DNA of 37,534 nt from an uncultured Candidatus Marinamargulisbacteria bacterium (GTDB taxonomy: Bacteria; Margulisbacteria; Riflemargulisbacteria; GWF2-35-9). The stretch's first letter is position 1, and each line of letters opens with the position of its first letter. The stretch covers positions 1 through 37,534 of the forward strand of contig CAIUCY010000073.1 in the NCBI GenBank assembly GCA_903897765.1, read 5' to 3'. Position numbers and translations under genes: made by a program. Below the pieces are notes generated by a model. The model worked only from the letters and a program-made list of their open reading frames with translations, was not told the origin of the DNA and did not search any database. This document shows, piece after piece, positions 1-8,946 of this stretch.

Positions 1-51
1 AAATCCCACTAGCATTTTTGCAAACAAATCCCTATCATTTACCTGAGCCAT
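1..51 (-). CDS. 5' start of a gene running off the window edge (MAQVNDRDLFAKMLVGF...)
   Basis: Minus strand reads AAGGAGG-aaaacg-ATG at 51, and the frame is open to position 1. Product cannot be identified from 17 codons. Confidence 0.7.
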   Translation of the reverse strand, partial: MAQVNDRDLFAKMLVGF

Positions 52-505
52 CGTTTTCCTCCTTCGTTTTTTGCCGATTATGAAGAAGTTTACGATGGCT
101 CTCTCTTTTCTTCAAATTGCGAACATTATCGTACACGATCGAAAAAACAGTATTTCTGATACTTTGAAAAGCCTCAAAACAATCGATTAGTTCATCTTTG
201 CTCAATAAATCACTACTGGGATATCTCAACTTTGGCAAATACTTATCGATTAACAAAATATTTTGTAATTCAATCGAGATCGAAGGGTACATGGCTTCAA
301 GTTGCCGAAAAAGTTGGTCTAAAAAATGGACCTTGGGGGGAATGACATGATTATTAATAAAAAGGGCTTTTAATAGTTTTTCTACGGCTTGATGCACATG
401 GTAAATACCGATATCAGGATAGCCATCATTTTGTATAATTAGCCGAGCTGTTTCTGAATCGTGCTTAGCTACTTCCAACCAAAGCTTAAGTTCTTGCTCG
501 CTCAT
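35..505 (-). CDS. HEPN domain protein, putative toxin partner of an MNT-HEPN pair
   Basis: Motifs WLEVAKHD, YHVHQAVEKLLKA, PKVH and LRYP are typical of small HEPN proteins. Overlaps the upstream MNT gene. Confidence 0.88.
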   Translation of the reverse strand: MSEQELKLWLEVAKHDSETARLIIQNDGYPDIGIYHVHQAVEKLLKALFINNHVIPPKVHFLDQLFRQLEAMYPSISIELQNILLIDKYLPKLRYPSSDLLSKDELIDCFEAFQSIRNTVFSIVYDNVRNLKKRESHRKLLHNRQKTKEENDGSGK

Positions 506-809
506 AAACCTTTTTACCTTCTTTTACTATTTGAACAATTAGCGGATCATTCTGAATTATTTTATCGTTAAACCCTTTTTGCGAATAGGTCAGCAAATCA
601 AGATGATAGTCTCGCGGATATAACGCCTTACTTATTTCGAAAGTTAAATCCTTTGCTTGATTCGTCTGGGTTGCTCGGTCATCAATAATCAATAAATCTA
701 AATCACTTGCCTCGGTTTGGGTTCCTCGAGAATAACTTCCAAAAAGATATATTCCTAGGGGATTAAATTGTTCAATAACTTTATTAATCTCATGAGCAAC
801 GTTGATCAT
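486..809 (-). CDS. Minimal nucleotidyltransferase (MNT), putative antitoxin
   Basis: LFGSYSRG...SDLDL (GSx10DxD motif), 107 aa, C-terminal EGKKVYE, paired with HEPN. Confidence 0.9.
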   Translation of the reverse strand: MINVAHEINKVIEQFNPLGIYLFGSYSRGTQTEASDLDLLIIDDRATQTNQAKDLTFEISKALYPRDYHLDLLTYSQKGFNDKIIQNDPLIVQIVKEGKKVYERART

Positions 810-815
810 TATTTT

Positions 816-824
816 ATTATATCA
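816..824 (-). promoter_or_regulatory. Extended -10 promoter (TGaTATAAT) for mnt-hepn, probably leaderless
   Basis: TGATATAAT on the minus strand, 6 nt before the ATG at 809; no SD. Confidence 0.65.
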
Positions 825-878
825 CACGAATATTTTGCGTAGAAATATCATTGATTGTTCCACTTGTAACAATATGTT

Positions 879-907
879 TTGATTTTAAAGAACACCCTTG
901 GTAGAAT
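879..907 (+). promoter_or_regulatory. Sigma70-type promoter of the hyd maturation operon
   Basis: TTGATT(879-884)-N17-TAGAAT(902-907), 9 nt before the hydG ATG. Confidence 0.6.
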
Positions 908-916
908 AGCGGCAGG

Positions 917-2284
917 ATGTTTATCAAACCGGAAATAATCGACTCTCTTCTTGATCAAAAAGCTCCGCTTCGACAAGAAGTTGAGACAATATTGGCAAAG
1001 AGCCTGAACCTTGAACGGCTCTCTCTTGAAGACGTTGCCACGTTGCTTCGTGTAACTCGGCCTGCGGATATTGCCCGCATCTGGGACATGGCTGGCCAAG
1101 TCAAAGAATTGATATATGGAAAACGTGTCGTCATCTTTGCCCCCCTCTACATCTCTAATCTTTGTAAAAATAACTGCGCTTATTGTGCGTTTCGTGCCGA
1201 TAATCGAGGCGTCACACGCAAAGCTTTGTCTCAAAATGAGATCGCAGCCGAAACCTTAGCCCTTTTAAAAACAGGACAAAAGCGGGTGCTCCTCGTCGCT
1301 GGAGAGGACTATCCTCATGATGGACTAGATTACATCCTTGATTCGATAAAAACGGTTTACGCGGTCAGCGATGGGAACAATCGGATCCGGCGCATCAACG
1401 TCAACATCGCCCCCCTTGATCAAAAAGACTTTAAACGACTGCTGGCTAGCGATATCGGCACCTATCAGCTTTTTCAAGAAACCTATCACCCAGAAACCTA
1501 TGCCCAGCTGCACACCAAAGGCCCCAAATCCGATTATGCGTTTAGATTAAACAGCATGGATCGAGCCATTGAGTCTGGGTTTCAAGATGTGGGAATCGGC
1601 GCCTTGTTTGGACTTTACGATCACCGTTTTGAGGTGTTGGCCCTTATGCAACATATAGAACATCTCGAATCCACTTTTGGGCTTGGCCCTCACACCCTTT
1701 CCGTACCTCGGCTTGAGCCGGCTGAAGGCTCAAGTATTGCAGAGAACCCACCCTTCCCGATTGATGATACTACCTTTAAAACCCTCATCGCCATTCTGCG
1801 TTTAGCCGTCCCCTATACCGGCATTATTCTCAGCACCCGTGAAACGGCAGCCATACGACAAGACGCTTTGAATCTGGGCGTTTCCCAGATCAGTGCCGGA
1901 TCCAAAACTAACCCTGGGGGCTATAGTGATGATGCGGCTACAGAACAATTTTCTTTAGGTGATACGCGTCCTCTTGATGAGGTCATTGCCGATATTTGCG
2001 AGAAAGGACATATTCCCTCCTTTTGTACCGGATGTTATCGTCTTGGTCGAACGGGCACCGACTTTATGGATCAAGCCAAGCCAGGGGATATAAAATCCAA
2101 ATGTTTACCCAATGCACTTTTTACGTTCGAAGAGTATTTGCAAGACTATGCAGCCCCCTCAACCAAAGCCATGGGAAGGATTCTTATTGATCGCTCTATG
2201 CGTGATATCCCCAGTGCCCTCAAAGATAAGACACAAAAAGCTCTAAACAAAATTAGAGGCGGAAAGCGCGATATTTATGTCTGA
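917..2284 (+). CDS. hydG: [FeFe]-hydrogenase H-cluster radical SAM maturase HydG
   Basis: FAPLYISNLCKNNCAYC (CX3CX2C), YQLFQETYH, HTLSVPRLEPA, C-terminal CTGC...C auxiliary cluster motif, adjacent hydF/hydE. Confidence 0.95.
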   Translation: MFIKPEIIDSLLDQKAPLRQEVETILAKSLNLERLSLEDVATLLRVTRPADIARIWDMAGQVKELIYGKRVVIFAPLYISNLCKNNCAYCAFRADNRGVTRKALSQNEIAAETLALLKTGQKRVLLVAGEDYPHDGLDYILDSIKTVYAVSDGNNRIRRINVNIAPLDQKDFKRLLASDIGTYQLFQETYHPETYAQLHTKGPKSDYAFRLNSMDRAIESGFQDVGIGALFGLYDHRFEVLALMQHIEHLESTFGLGPHTLSVPRLEPAEGSSIAENPPFPIDDTTFKTLIAILRLAVPYTGIILSTRETAAIRQDALNLGVSQISAGSKTNPGGYSDDAATEQFSLGDTRPLDEVIADICEKGHIPSFCTGCYRLGRTGTDFMDQAKPGDIKSKCLPNALFTFEEYLQDYAAPSTKAMGRILIDRSMRDIPSALKDKTQKALNKIRGGKRDIYV

Positions 2285-3599
2285 GACCCAAAAGGCCCTA
2301 GCTAATTTTATTAGCTCTGGTCTCCCTCACTATAATGAATTATGGTACGCCCTTGCCGACGTTAAACTCGCAGCACTTCAAACAAACACGAATCTAGGCT
2401 ATATCGATGCCGAGCGTTCACATTTCATCGATCTCGCGCTCGATGAAACGATAAAAGGACAACACAATAATTGTCATATGATCGACCCTCTATCCGGTGG
2501 AGCGGGGACATCCCTTCATATGAACATTAACGAAACCATTGCCTCTCGAGCAATGGCGTTAGCCCTTGAGGAGAATATAAAAATTGAGATCCATCCTCTT
2601 GAACATGTCAATCTTCATCAATCAACCAACGATGTTATTCCAACCGCCATTCACATAGCGGTGTATCGACAGCTCCACCGGCTCGAAACAGAGATCAACC
2701 AAACCCTGCTTATTCTACAAGAGAAAGAGCAACATTTTGCAAATATTTTGAAGCTAGGACGAACTCAACTCATGCCCGCTGTTCCGACGACCTTAGGAAA
2801 AACCTTTTCTGCTTACGCTGAGGTGTTAGGGAGAGATCGTTGGCGACTAGCCAAATGCCTTGAACGCATTCGAGTCGTTACGCTCGGGGGAACAGCGATA
2901 GGCACCGGTATCGCCGCCCCTCGATCCTATATATTTGAGGTGATCAAGACCTTAAGACAAAATACTGGACTCCCCTTGTCTCGAGCCGAGAATTTAGTCG
3001 ACTATACTCAAAATCAAGATGCGCTGGCTGAAGTGTTCGCTTTGGTAAAAGTCTGCTCCCTTAACCTAGAAAAAATAGCAAATGATCTGCGACTCATGAC
3101 CCTTTTGGGTGAAATTTCCCTTCCAGAGGTTCAAGCGGGATCAACCATTATGCCAAGCAAAGTTAATCCGGTAATACCAGAAATGCTTATCATTATCGCT
3201 AAAAAGGTTCAAGGCAATGAACTTGCCGCAGCGAGCTGTATCGCACATGGAGAACTCGAATTAAACGCCTTCTTGCCCTTTATCGGATATCTTTTGCTAG
3301 AGTCGTTAGACATCTTATCACAAGGGCTAGAACGATTTCGATCACGATGTTTAACCGGTTTGACCGCGAAAGAAGACACGTGCAAATTGAACCTTTTTCA
3401 AAACCCCGCTTCAGCCACGCTACTTATTCAAAAAATAGGCTACTCTGGGGCGCAGATCGTAGCCGATCACATGAGGAACACCCATGAATCATTAACATCG
3501 AGTGTTTTAGCACTTGACGTACTATCGCCCGATGAACTGAATGTTTTATTGAGACCTGAGTCTCTATCACAATTAGGCTATGACACTTCAAGCACCTAA
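2277..3599 (+). CDS. aspA: Aspartate ammonia-lyase family protein (fumarase/aspartase superfamily), hyd-associated
   Basis: GGAGTSLHMNINE, HVNLHQSTND, KLGRTQL and signature GSTIMPSKVNP. Confidence 0.8.
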   Translation: MSETQKALANFISSGLPHYNELWYALADVKLAALQTNTNLGYIDAERSHFIDLALDETIKGQHNNCHMIDPLSGGAGTSLHMNINETIASRAMALALEENIKIEIHPLEHVNLHQSTNDVIPTAIHIAVYRQLHRLETEINQTLLILQEKEQHFANILKLGRTQLMPAVPTTLGKTFSAYAEVLGRDRWRLAKCLERIRVVTLGGTAIGTGIAAPRSYIFEVIKTLRQNTGLPLSRAENLVDYTQNQDALAEVFALVKVCSLNLEKIANDLRLMTLLGEISLPEVQAGSTIMPSKVNPVIPEMLIIIAKKVQGNELAAASCIAHGELELNAFLPFIGYLLLESLDILSQGLERFRSRCLTGLTAKEDTCKLNLFQNPASATLLIQKIGYSGAQIVADHMRNTHESLTSSVLALDVLSPDELNVLLRPESLSQLGYDTSST

Positions 3600-4812
3600 A
3601 GGACTACTCCCCCATATTGTTCTTGTGGGAAAACGTAACGTTGGGAAATCCTCTTTGCTTAACGCATTAACACAACAAGATCTTAGCATTGTCTCTGATC
3701 ATCCAGGAACAACAACGGATCCGGTTGAAAAAACGTTTGAACTCCAACCTTTTGGCCCTGTTGTCTTTATCGACACAGCCGGTCTTGATGATATGGGGAC
3801 CCTAGGTCAACAACGCATTGAAAGATCAAAGCATCGAATCGATGCGGCTGACCTCATTCTTTTCGTTGTCGATACGCCCCCTTCCGACAAAGAAACCTTG
3901 CAATTATTCAACCTATTTAAAACACGTCCTTCCTCAAACCTACTGCTCATTTTCAATAAATGTGAACAGATCAAAGCCCCTTCACTTCTCCGATCAGAAT
4001 GGGAATCGATGACCTCTTTAACCCCACTATTCGTATCCTGTTTGACAGGGGCGGGCATAGAAACCCTGCGAGAGGTGCTTGTATCAAGCTTAGAATCTCA
4101 TCGCCCTTTACCCCTTCTTCTCGCCGACCTCGTCACGCCCCCTAATTTAGTCGTGCTTGTTATTCCTATCGATAAAGAAGCGCCTCAAGGACGGCTTATT
4201 CTGCCCCAAGTTCAAGCTTTGCGTGAATTGCTCGACAACGATATTGCTAGTCTAGTTGTGAATGAGCGAGAGCTGGGCTATGCGCTTACGCATAATCTAA
4301 AAACACAGCCTGCTTTGGTTGTAACCGACAGCCAAGCATTTCTAAAGGTCGTTGCTGATGTTCCACTTGATGTCCCGTTAACCTCCTTCTCTATTTTATT
4401 GGCTCGTCAAAAAGGCGATCTGATCACCTATATTAAGGGAGCCCAATTCATTTCTCAATTAAAAAATGGCGACAAAGTGTTGATCGCTGAGCTATGTTCT
4501 CATCGCCCGATCAGTGAGGATATCGGTCGCATTAAAATACCCCGTTGGCTTCGACAACATACAGGAAAGGATATTGTTTTCGAGGTCGCATCAGGAAAAG
4601 AAATTCCACAAGACCTAAGTGGATTTTCACTGATCATACAATGTGGCGGCTGCGTTGCGAACCGCGCACTGATCCAATCTCGCATTCAACAAGCTAACGC
4701 AGTTGGAGTAGCGATCACGAACTACGGTCTTTGTATCGCCTATTTACATGGCATCCTAGAAAGGTCCATTCAACCTTTTCCTGAGGCATTACATGCATAC
4801 AACCATCCTTGA
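3580..4812 (+). CDS. hydF: [FeFe]-hydrogenase maturation GTPase HydF
   Basis: GKRNVGKS, PGTTTDPV, DTAG, NKCE, GRLILPQVQ and the CSH...CGGC Fe-S motif. Confidence 0.96.
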   Translation: MTLQAPKGLLPHIVLVGKRNVGKSSLLNALTQQDLSIVSDHPGTTTDPVEKTFELQPFGPVVFIDTAGLDDMGTLGQQRIERSKHRIDAADLILFVVDTPPSDKETLQLFNLFKTRPSSNLLLIFNKCEQIKAPSLLRSEWESMTSLTPLFVSCLTGAGIETLREVLVSSLESHRPLPLLLADLVTPPNLVVLVIPIDKEAPQGRLILPQVQALRELLDNDIASLVVNERELGYALTHNLKTQPALVVTDSQAFLKVVADVPLDVPLTSFSILLARQKGDLITYIKGAQFISQLKNGDKVLIAELCSHRPISEDIGRIKIPRWLRQHTGKDIVFEVASGKEIPQDLSGFSLIIQCGGCVANRALIQSRIQQANAVGVAITNYGLCIAYLHGILERSIQPFPEALHAYNHP

Positions 4813-5833
4813 TCACGTTAAACAGGGTCAAACCATGACGGTCGAAAATATCGTCTCACTTCTGACCTTCCCAGAGGTTGACTCCCTCTATCAAGCAGCA
4901 AATGAATGTCGTCACAACAATATGGGGGATGACATCTATTTACGCGGCATTATCGAGTTTTCTAATATTTGCATAAAAAACTGCAACTACTGCGGAATTC
5001 GAGGATCAAATACCGAAATTGTTCCCTATCGTATTCCCGATAAAGACATCCTTAATACCTGTCAGAAAATGGTCGATTGGGGCTATACAAGTGTTGTGCT
5101 TCAATCGGGTGAAGATCCTTTTTATACAACGGAAAAGCTGGCCAAGTTGATCATGGTTATCAAAGAAACTACGCCATTAGCGATTACGTTGTCTGTCGGC
5201 GAACGTGATGAGGAAGCCTATCGTATCTGGAAAAAGGCGGGGATGGATCGATATTTGCTTCGTTTTGAAACGTCTGATCCAAAACTATTTAAAGCGTGTC
5301 ACCCTGACGATGACCTATTCGTTCGCCTTGAATGCCTTGAAACCCTTCGAAATAAGGGGATACAGGTCGGTTCAGGATTTCTGATCGGGCTTCCAAATGA
5401 AACCCTAGAACAACTAGCCCATGATATCCTGTTTTGTACGCAACTTAATTTGGACATGATCGGGATCGGCCCCTTTATCGCGCATCCCAATACACCGTTT
5501 GCGGATCAACCGAACTCCTTCAACTCCGATATTTTCTATAAAACCATCGCCATTTTAAGGCTCCTTAATCCCCTCGCTCATATTCCGGCGACTACCGCAT
5601 TTGATGCCATCGATCCGAACGGTCGAGACCTTGTCCTGCAACGTGGTGCAAATGTGTTTATGCCCAATGCTACCCCAATGGCCTATCGCGAGCATTATCA
5701 ACTCTATCCCGGAAAACCTTGCATCACCGAGTCGAGTGATGATTGTGCAGGCTGTGTAAAAGGACGTATAAAACGGCTTGGGCGAACGCTCGGCAACGAC
5801 GCTGGACATTCGTTCAAAAATCCGCTAAGGTAA
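4793..5833 (+). CDS. hydE: [FeFe]-hydrogenase radical SAM maturase HydE
   Basis: RGIIEFSNICIKNCNYC, VVLQSGED, YLLRFET, GIGPFIAHPNTP, YQLYPGKPC. Confidence 0.95.
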   Translation: MHTTILDHVKQGQTMTVENIVSLLTFPEVDSLYQAANECRHNNMGDDIYLRGIIEFSNICIKNCNYCGIRGSNTEIVPYRIPDKDILNTCQKMVDWGYTSVVLQSGEDPFYTTEKLAKLIMVIKETTPLAITLSVGERDEEAYRIWKKAGMDRYLLRFETSDPKLFKACHPDDDLFVRLECLETLRNKGIQVGSGFLIGLPNETLEQLAHDILFCTQLNLDMIGIGPFIAHPNTPFADQPNSFNSDIFYKTIAILRLLNPLAHIPATTAFDAIDPNGRDLVLQRGANVFMPNATPMAYREHYQLYPGKPCITESSDDCAGCVKGRIKRLGRTLGNDAGHSFKNPLR

Positions 5834-5840
5834 TTTCACT

Positions 5841-6683
5841 ATGAATTTTACAAAAATGCAGGGAACAGGCAACGACTTTATCCTCATCGATGCCCTACAC
5901 CAAAAAACAGAGGGGCTTGATTGGCCCGAACTGTCAAAGAGTTGGTGTGATCGACATTTCGGTATTGGCGCCGACGGGGTCATGCTAGTCCTTCCTTCGA
6001 AAACCGCTGATCTTCAAATGAAGATCTTCAACGCGGATGGGAGTGAAGCCGAGATGTGTGGCAATGGTATCCGTTGCTTTGCTTTTTTTGCTTGGCAACA
6101 AAAACTCGTCACCCAAAAACGCTTCTCGGTTGAAACCCTCGCGGGCATTATGGTGCCTACATTAAATGATCTGTCCGAACGGAAAGCCATGGTCACAATT
6201 GACATGGGCACGCCGTTATTAAACCCTTCCCAAATTCCGGTGAACACCCCATTAGCCGAACCCATCTTAAATCTTCCCCTTGAAGTCGGCTCACGCACTT
6301 ATTCTGTGAGTGCGATCGGCATGGGGAATCCTCATGCCATTTTATTTGTAGACCATACAAAGGGGTTTCCCGTAACAACAATTGGCCCCATGATCGAACA
6401 TCATCCTTTATTCCCGAAACGAACGAACGTCGAATTTATCGAGATCCTGTCCCCCGACGAATTCAATATGCGGGTGTGGGAACGGGGGGCCGGCGAAACG
6501 CTCGCTTGTGGAACAGGAACCTGTGCTGCCACGGTGGCAGGCATTCTTCAAGGAAAACTCAACGATACGGTCACCGTTCATTTGCTCGGGGGAGATATTC
6601 AGGTGAGTTGGAAAGACCACGATCATGTCTTTATGACCGGCCCTGCGGAAGTGGTGTTTGAAGGAAAGAAAACGACGAACTAG
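5841..6683 (+). CDS. dapF: Diaminopimelate epimerase
   Basis: FTKMQGTGNDF, NADGSEAEMCGNG, GNPH, ERGAGETLACGTG. Confidence 0.97.
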   Translation: MNFTKMQGTGNDFILIDALHQKTEGLDWPELSKSWCDRHFGIGADGVMLVLPSKTADLQMKIFNADGSEAEMCGNGIRCFAFFAWQQKLVTQKRFSVETLAGIMVPTLNDLSERKAMVTIDMGTPLLNPSQIPVNTPLAEPILNLPLEVGSRTYSVSAIGMGNPHAILFVDHTKGFPVTTIGPMIEHHPLFPKRTNVEFIEILSPDEFNMRVWERGAGETLACGTGTCAATVAGILQGKLNDTVTVHLLGGDIQVSWKDHDHVFMTGPAEVVFEGKKTTN

Positions 6684-6976
6684 ATCTTTAGCACGCACCC
6701 CATTAACTCAGCTGCAAATTGACTCGGCAAACGTTCAATGATCGCATCTTTTTTAGGTTGGCTAAAAAAAACTAGAACCTTTGCAGCACGAACCACCGGC
6801 AATCTCGTTAAGACTTTACACGTTGTTTTGATATCAAAATGACCTAACGCTGTGGCTAAAGTCTTTGGATCAGCAGTGGCTAACTCTCGACCATAACGTT
6901 CTTGATGGTTTGACGCGATCTGGAGGATCATCTCGTCAGGATTATTCATAATCGTTTTTTTTGTTTTGAAAATCAT
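6680..6976 (-). CDS. Small protein resembling the MgtE N-terminal/FliG-like helical repeat domain
   Basis: Repeating L..LP..AA.(V/E)L pattern (VLTRLPVVRAAKVL; IIERLPSQFAAELM). Start moved to ATG 6976 behind AAGGGGGG; the 7087 start would run through the dapL promoter. Confidence 0.55.
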   Translation of the reverse strand: MIFKTKKTIMNNPDEMILQIASNHQERYGRELATADPKTLATALGHFDIKTTCKVLTRLPVVRAAKVLVFFSQPKKDAIIERLPSQFAAELMGCVLKI

Positions 6977-7031
6977 GCCATCGGCCCCCCTTGATGCTCC
7001 CCTGATTTGTATACTAACTCTAATTTTTAAA

Positions 7032-7060
7032 TTGGCAAGTCTTACGTCATATAATAATAT
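7032..7060 (+). promoter_or_regulatory. Putative sigma70 promoter for dapL-rnc
   Basis: TTGGCA(7032-7037)-N17-TAATAT(7055-7060), with an overlapping TATAAT at 7050-7055. SD AAGGA precedes ATG 7103. Confidence 0.5.
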
Positions 7061-7102
7061 ATCGTTAGTTTGTATTAAAAATTTCACCGAAAAGGAAATA
7101 AC

Positions 7103-8278
7103 ATGCCCAGAACATCAAAACGTTTCGAATTTATCCCACCCTATCTGTTCGCAGAGATCGACAAAAAAAAAGCTGCTGCCATAGCCCGAGGGGTTGATAT
7201 CATAAATTTAGGGATCGGCGACCCAGACAAACCTACCTTTTCTCATATCGTTGAGGCCATGCACAAAGCCATCGATGACCCAAGCACCCACAATTATCCT
7301 CCCTACGAGGGTATCGCTCGCTTTCGACAAGCCGTAGCCACGTGGTATCAAACGCGTTTTGGGGTGACACTTGACCCCGTCGAGGAGGTCGTTTCCCTCA
7401 TTGGCTCTAAGGAGGGCATTGCTCACTTACTGTCCGCTTACCTAGACCCAGGTGATATCGTCCTTGTCCCAAGCCCTGGGTATCCAGTTTACAAAATGGG
7501 AACGATATTAACAGGAGGTACTCCCTATTACATTCCCCTGAAAGAGAGCAATGGATTTCTGCCCGAGCTTGATAGCATCCCTGAGGACATTGCCAAAAAG
7601 GCCAAGATTTTCTATGTCAATTATCCAAATAACCCCACTGCGGCCGTTGCTGATTTAAAGTTTTATATAAAACTCGTCGCTTGGGCAAAGAAATTTGACC
7701 TGCTTATCGCCTCTGACTTGGCCTATAGTGAGATGACCTATGACGGATATATAGCCCCGAGCATTCTTGAAGTTGAAGGCGCCAAGGATATCGCCATTGA
7801 GTTTCATTCCCTTTCGAAATCTTTCAATATGACCGGATGGCGTATTGGTATGGCAGTTGGCAATAAAGAGGCCATTCGCGCACTTGGCACTATAAAAACA
7901 AATGTTGACTCAGGCATCTTTAAAGCCATTCAGGAGGCGGGTATCGTTGCCTTAACTACCCCAGCCCCCCAAATTGAACAGAATAATCTTGTTTATAAAG
8001 AGCGGCGCGATGTCTTGACGGACGGACTCAATCGTTTGGGCTGGACGTTATCCCCCATTAAAGCAACCTTTTATGTGTGGGCCCCTGTTCCAAAAGGCTA
8101 TGACTCCGCTTCATTTTGCAGTAAGGTTCTTGAGGATTGCGGCATTGTCGTTGTGCCCGGTAGCGGCTATGGCCCGGAAGGCGAAGGCTATTTCCGAATT
8201 GCATTGACTGAATCGGTGCAACGGATCGAAGAAGCGCTTTTACGCCTCAAAGAAAAAGGGATCCGTTATATAGCGTGA
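7103..8278 (+). CDS. dapL: LL-diaminopimelate aminotransferase (class I/II PLP enzyme)
   Basis: PPYLFAEID, LGIGDPD, LIGSKEG, NYPNNPT, SLSKSFNMTGWR; lies next to dapF. Confidence 0.88.
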   Translation: MPRTSKRFEFIPPYLFAEIDKKKAAAIARGVDIINLGIGDPDKPTFSHIVEAMHKAIDDPSTHNYPPYEGIARFRQAVATWYQTRFGVTLDPVEEVVSLIGSKEGIAHLLSAYLDPGDIVLVPSPGYPVYKMGTILTGGTPYYIPLKESNGFLPELDSIPEDIAKKAKIFYVNYPNNPTAAVADLKFYIKLVAWAKKFDLLIASDLAYSEMTYDGYIAPSILEVEGAKDIAIEFHSLSKSFNMTGWRIGMAVGNKEAIRALGTIKTNVDSGIFKAIQEAGIVALTTPAPQIEQNNLVYKERRDVLTDGLNRLGWTLSPIKATFYVWAPVPKGYDSASFCSKVLEDCGIVVVPGSGYGPEGEGYFRIALTESVQRIEEALLRLKEKGIRYIA

Positions 8279-8946
8279 GCGATATCGCCTCTATACTCGG
8301 TTTTTCGTTCAACGATCCAGCCTTGATCGAGGAGGCACTTACTCATGGCTCTACGCTCAACAGCGACGTTGATTATGAGCGTTTGGAGTTTCTTGGCGAT
8401 GCCATCTTAAAGCTTGTTCTAACCGAAGCCCTCTTTATGAAGTATCCGGATAAAACAGAGGGTGAGCTTAGTGGTCTTCGTTCCATTTTAGGTAGTGATC
8501 AATTATTAGGACGTAAAGCAGCCGAAATGGGATTAGCTCCGTTCATCCAAGTTGCACCGCATGAAGATCAACTTCGACATCATGAACGAATACTCGGCGA
8601 TGTCCTTGAAGCGCTTTTTGGCGCGATCTATTTGGATCAGGGACTTGAAAGGGTCCGAGAATGGATTTGCGAAATTTACGCTAACGCTCTCGATGGAACC
8701 GAAGATCTAAGTGAGTTGCAGGATTACAAAACGGCGTTACAAGAACGCACCCAATCAAAGAATTTAGGACAACCCAACTATATTTTAATGAGCGAAGACG
8801 GTCCCGTACACGAACGAACCTTCACTGTTCAAGCCCAAATCGATCGTGAGGGAATAACGCTTTTGGCATCAGGCGCTGGCCGCAGCAAGAAACATGCCGA
8901 GCAAACCGCAGCCAAAGCCTTGCTAAAACAACTCGATCTCATCTAG
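8275..8946 (+). CDS. rnc: Ribonuclease III
   Basis: ALTHGS, YERLEFLGDAIL, DVLEALFGAIYLD, dsRBD DYKTALQE...GRSKKHAEQ. Confidence 0.97.
   Translation: MSDIASILGFSFNDPALIEEALTHGSTLNSDVDYERLEFLGDAILKLVLTEALFMKYPDKTEGELSGLRSILGSDQLLGRKAAEMGLAPFIQVAPHEDQLRHHERILGDVLEALFGAIYLDQGLERVREWICEIYANALDGTEDLSELQDYKTALQERTQSKNLGQPNYILMSEDGPVHERTFTVQAQIDREGITLLASGAGRSKKHAEQTAAKALLKQLDLI

Noticed and set aside
848-1234. 128-aa antisense ORF and the other shadow ORFs (e.g. 22836-23330, 23164-23559, 21887-22231, 36636-36983)
   Set aside because: They overlap well-supported genes and show no motifs or start signals.
4630-4655. HydF QCGGC instead of HCGGC
   Set aside because: All three Cys ligands are retained, so this is probably ordinary variation.
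7013-7083. Short inverted repeats upstream of dapL, considered as a lysine riboswitch or operator
   Set aside because: AT-rich, not nested, and the region is too short for a lysine riboswitch.
7163-7171. A9 tract in dapL
   Set aside because: It encodes KKK in a biosynthetic housekeeping gene, and A-runs are common in this window.
8923-8946. Convergent overlaps without terminators (rnc/GH8, dapF/small ORF, kinase/potD)
   Set aside because: Common in compact genomes; no specific sign of antisense control.
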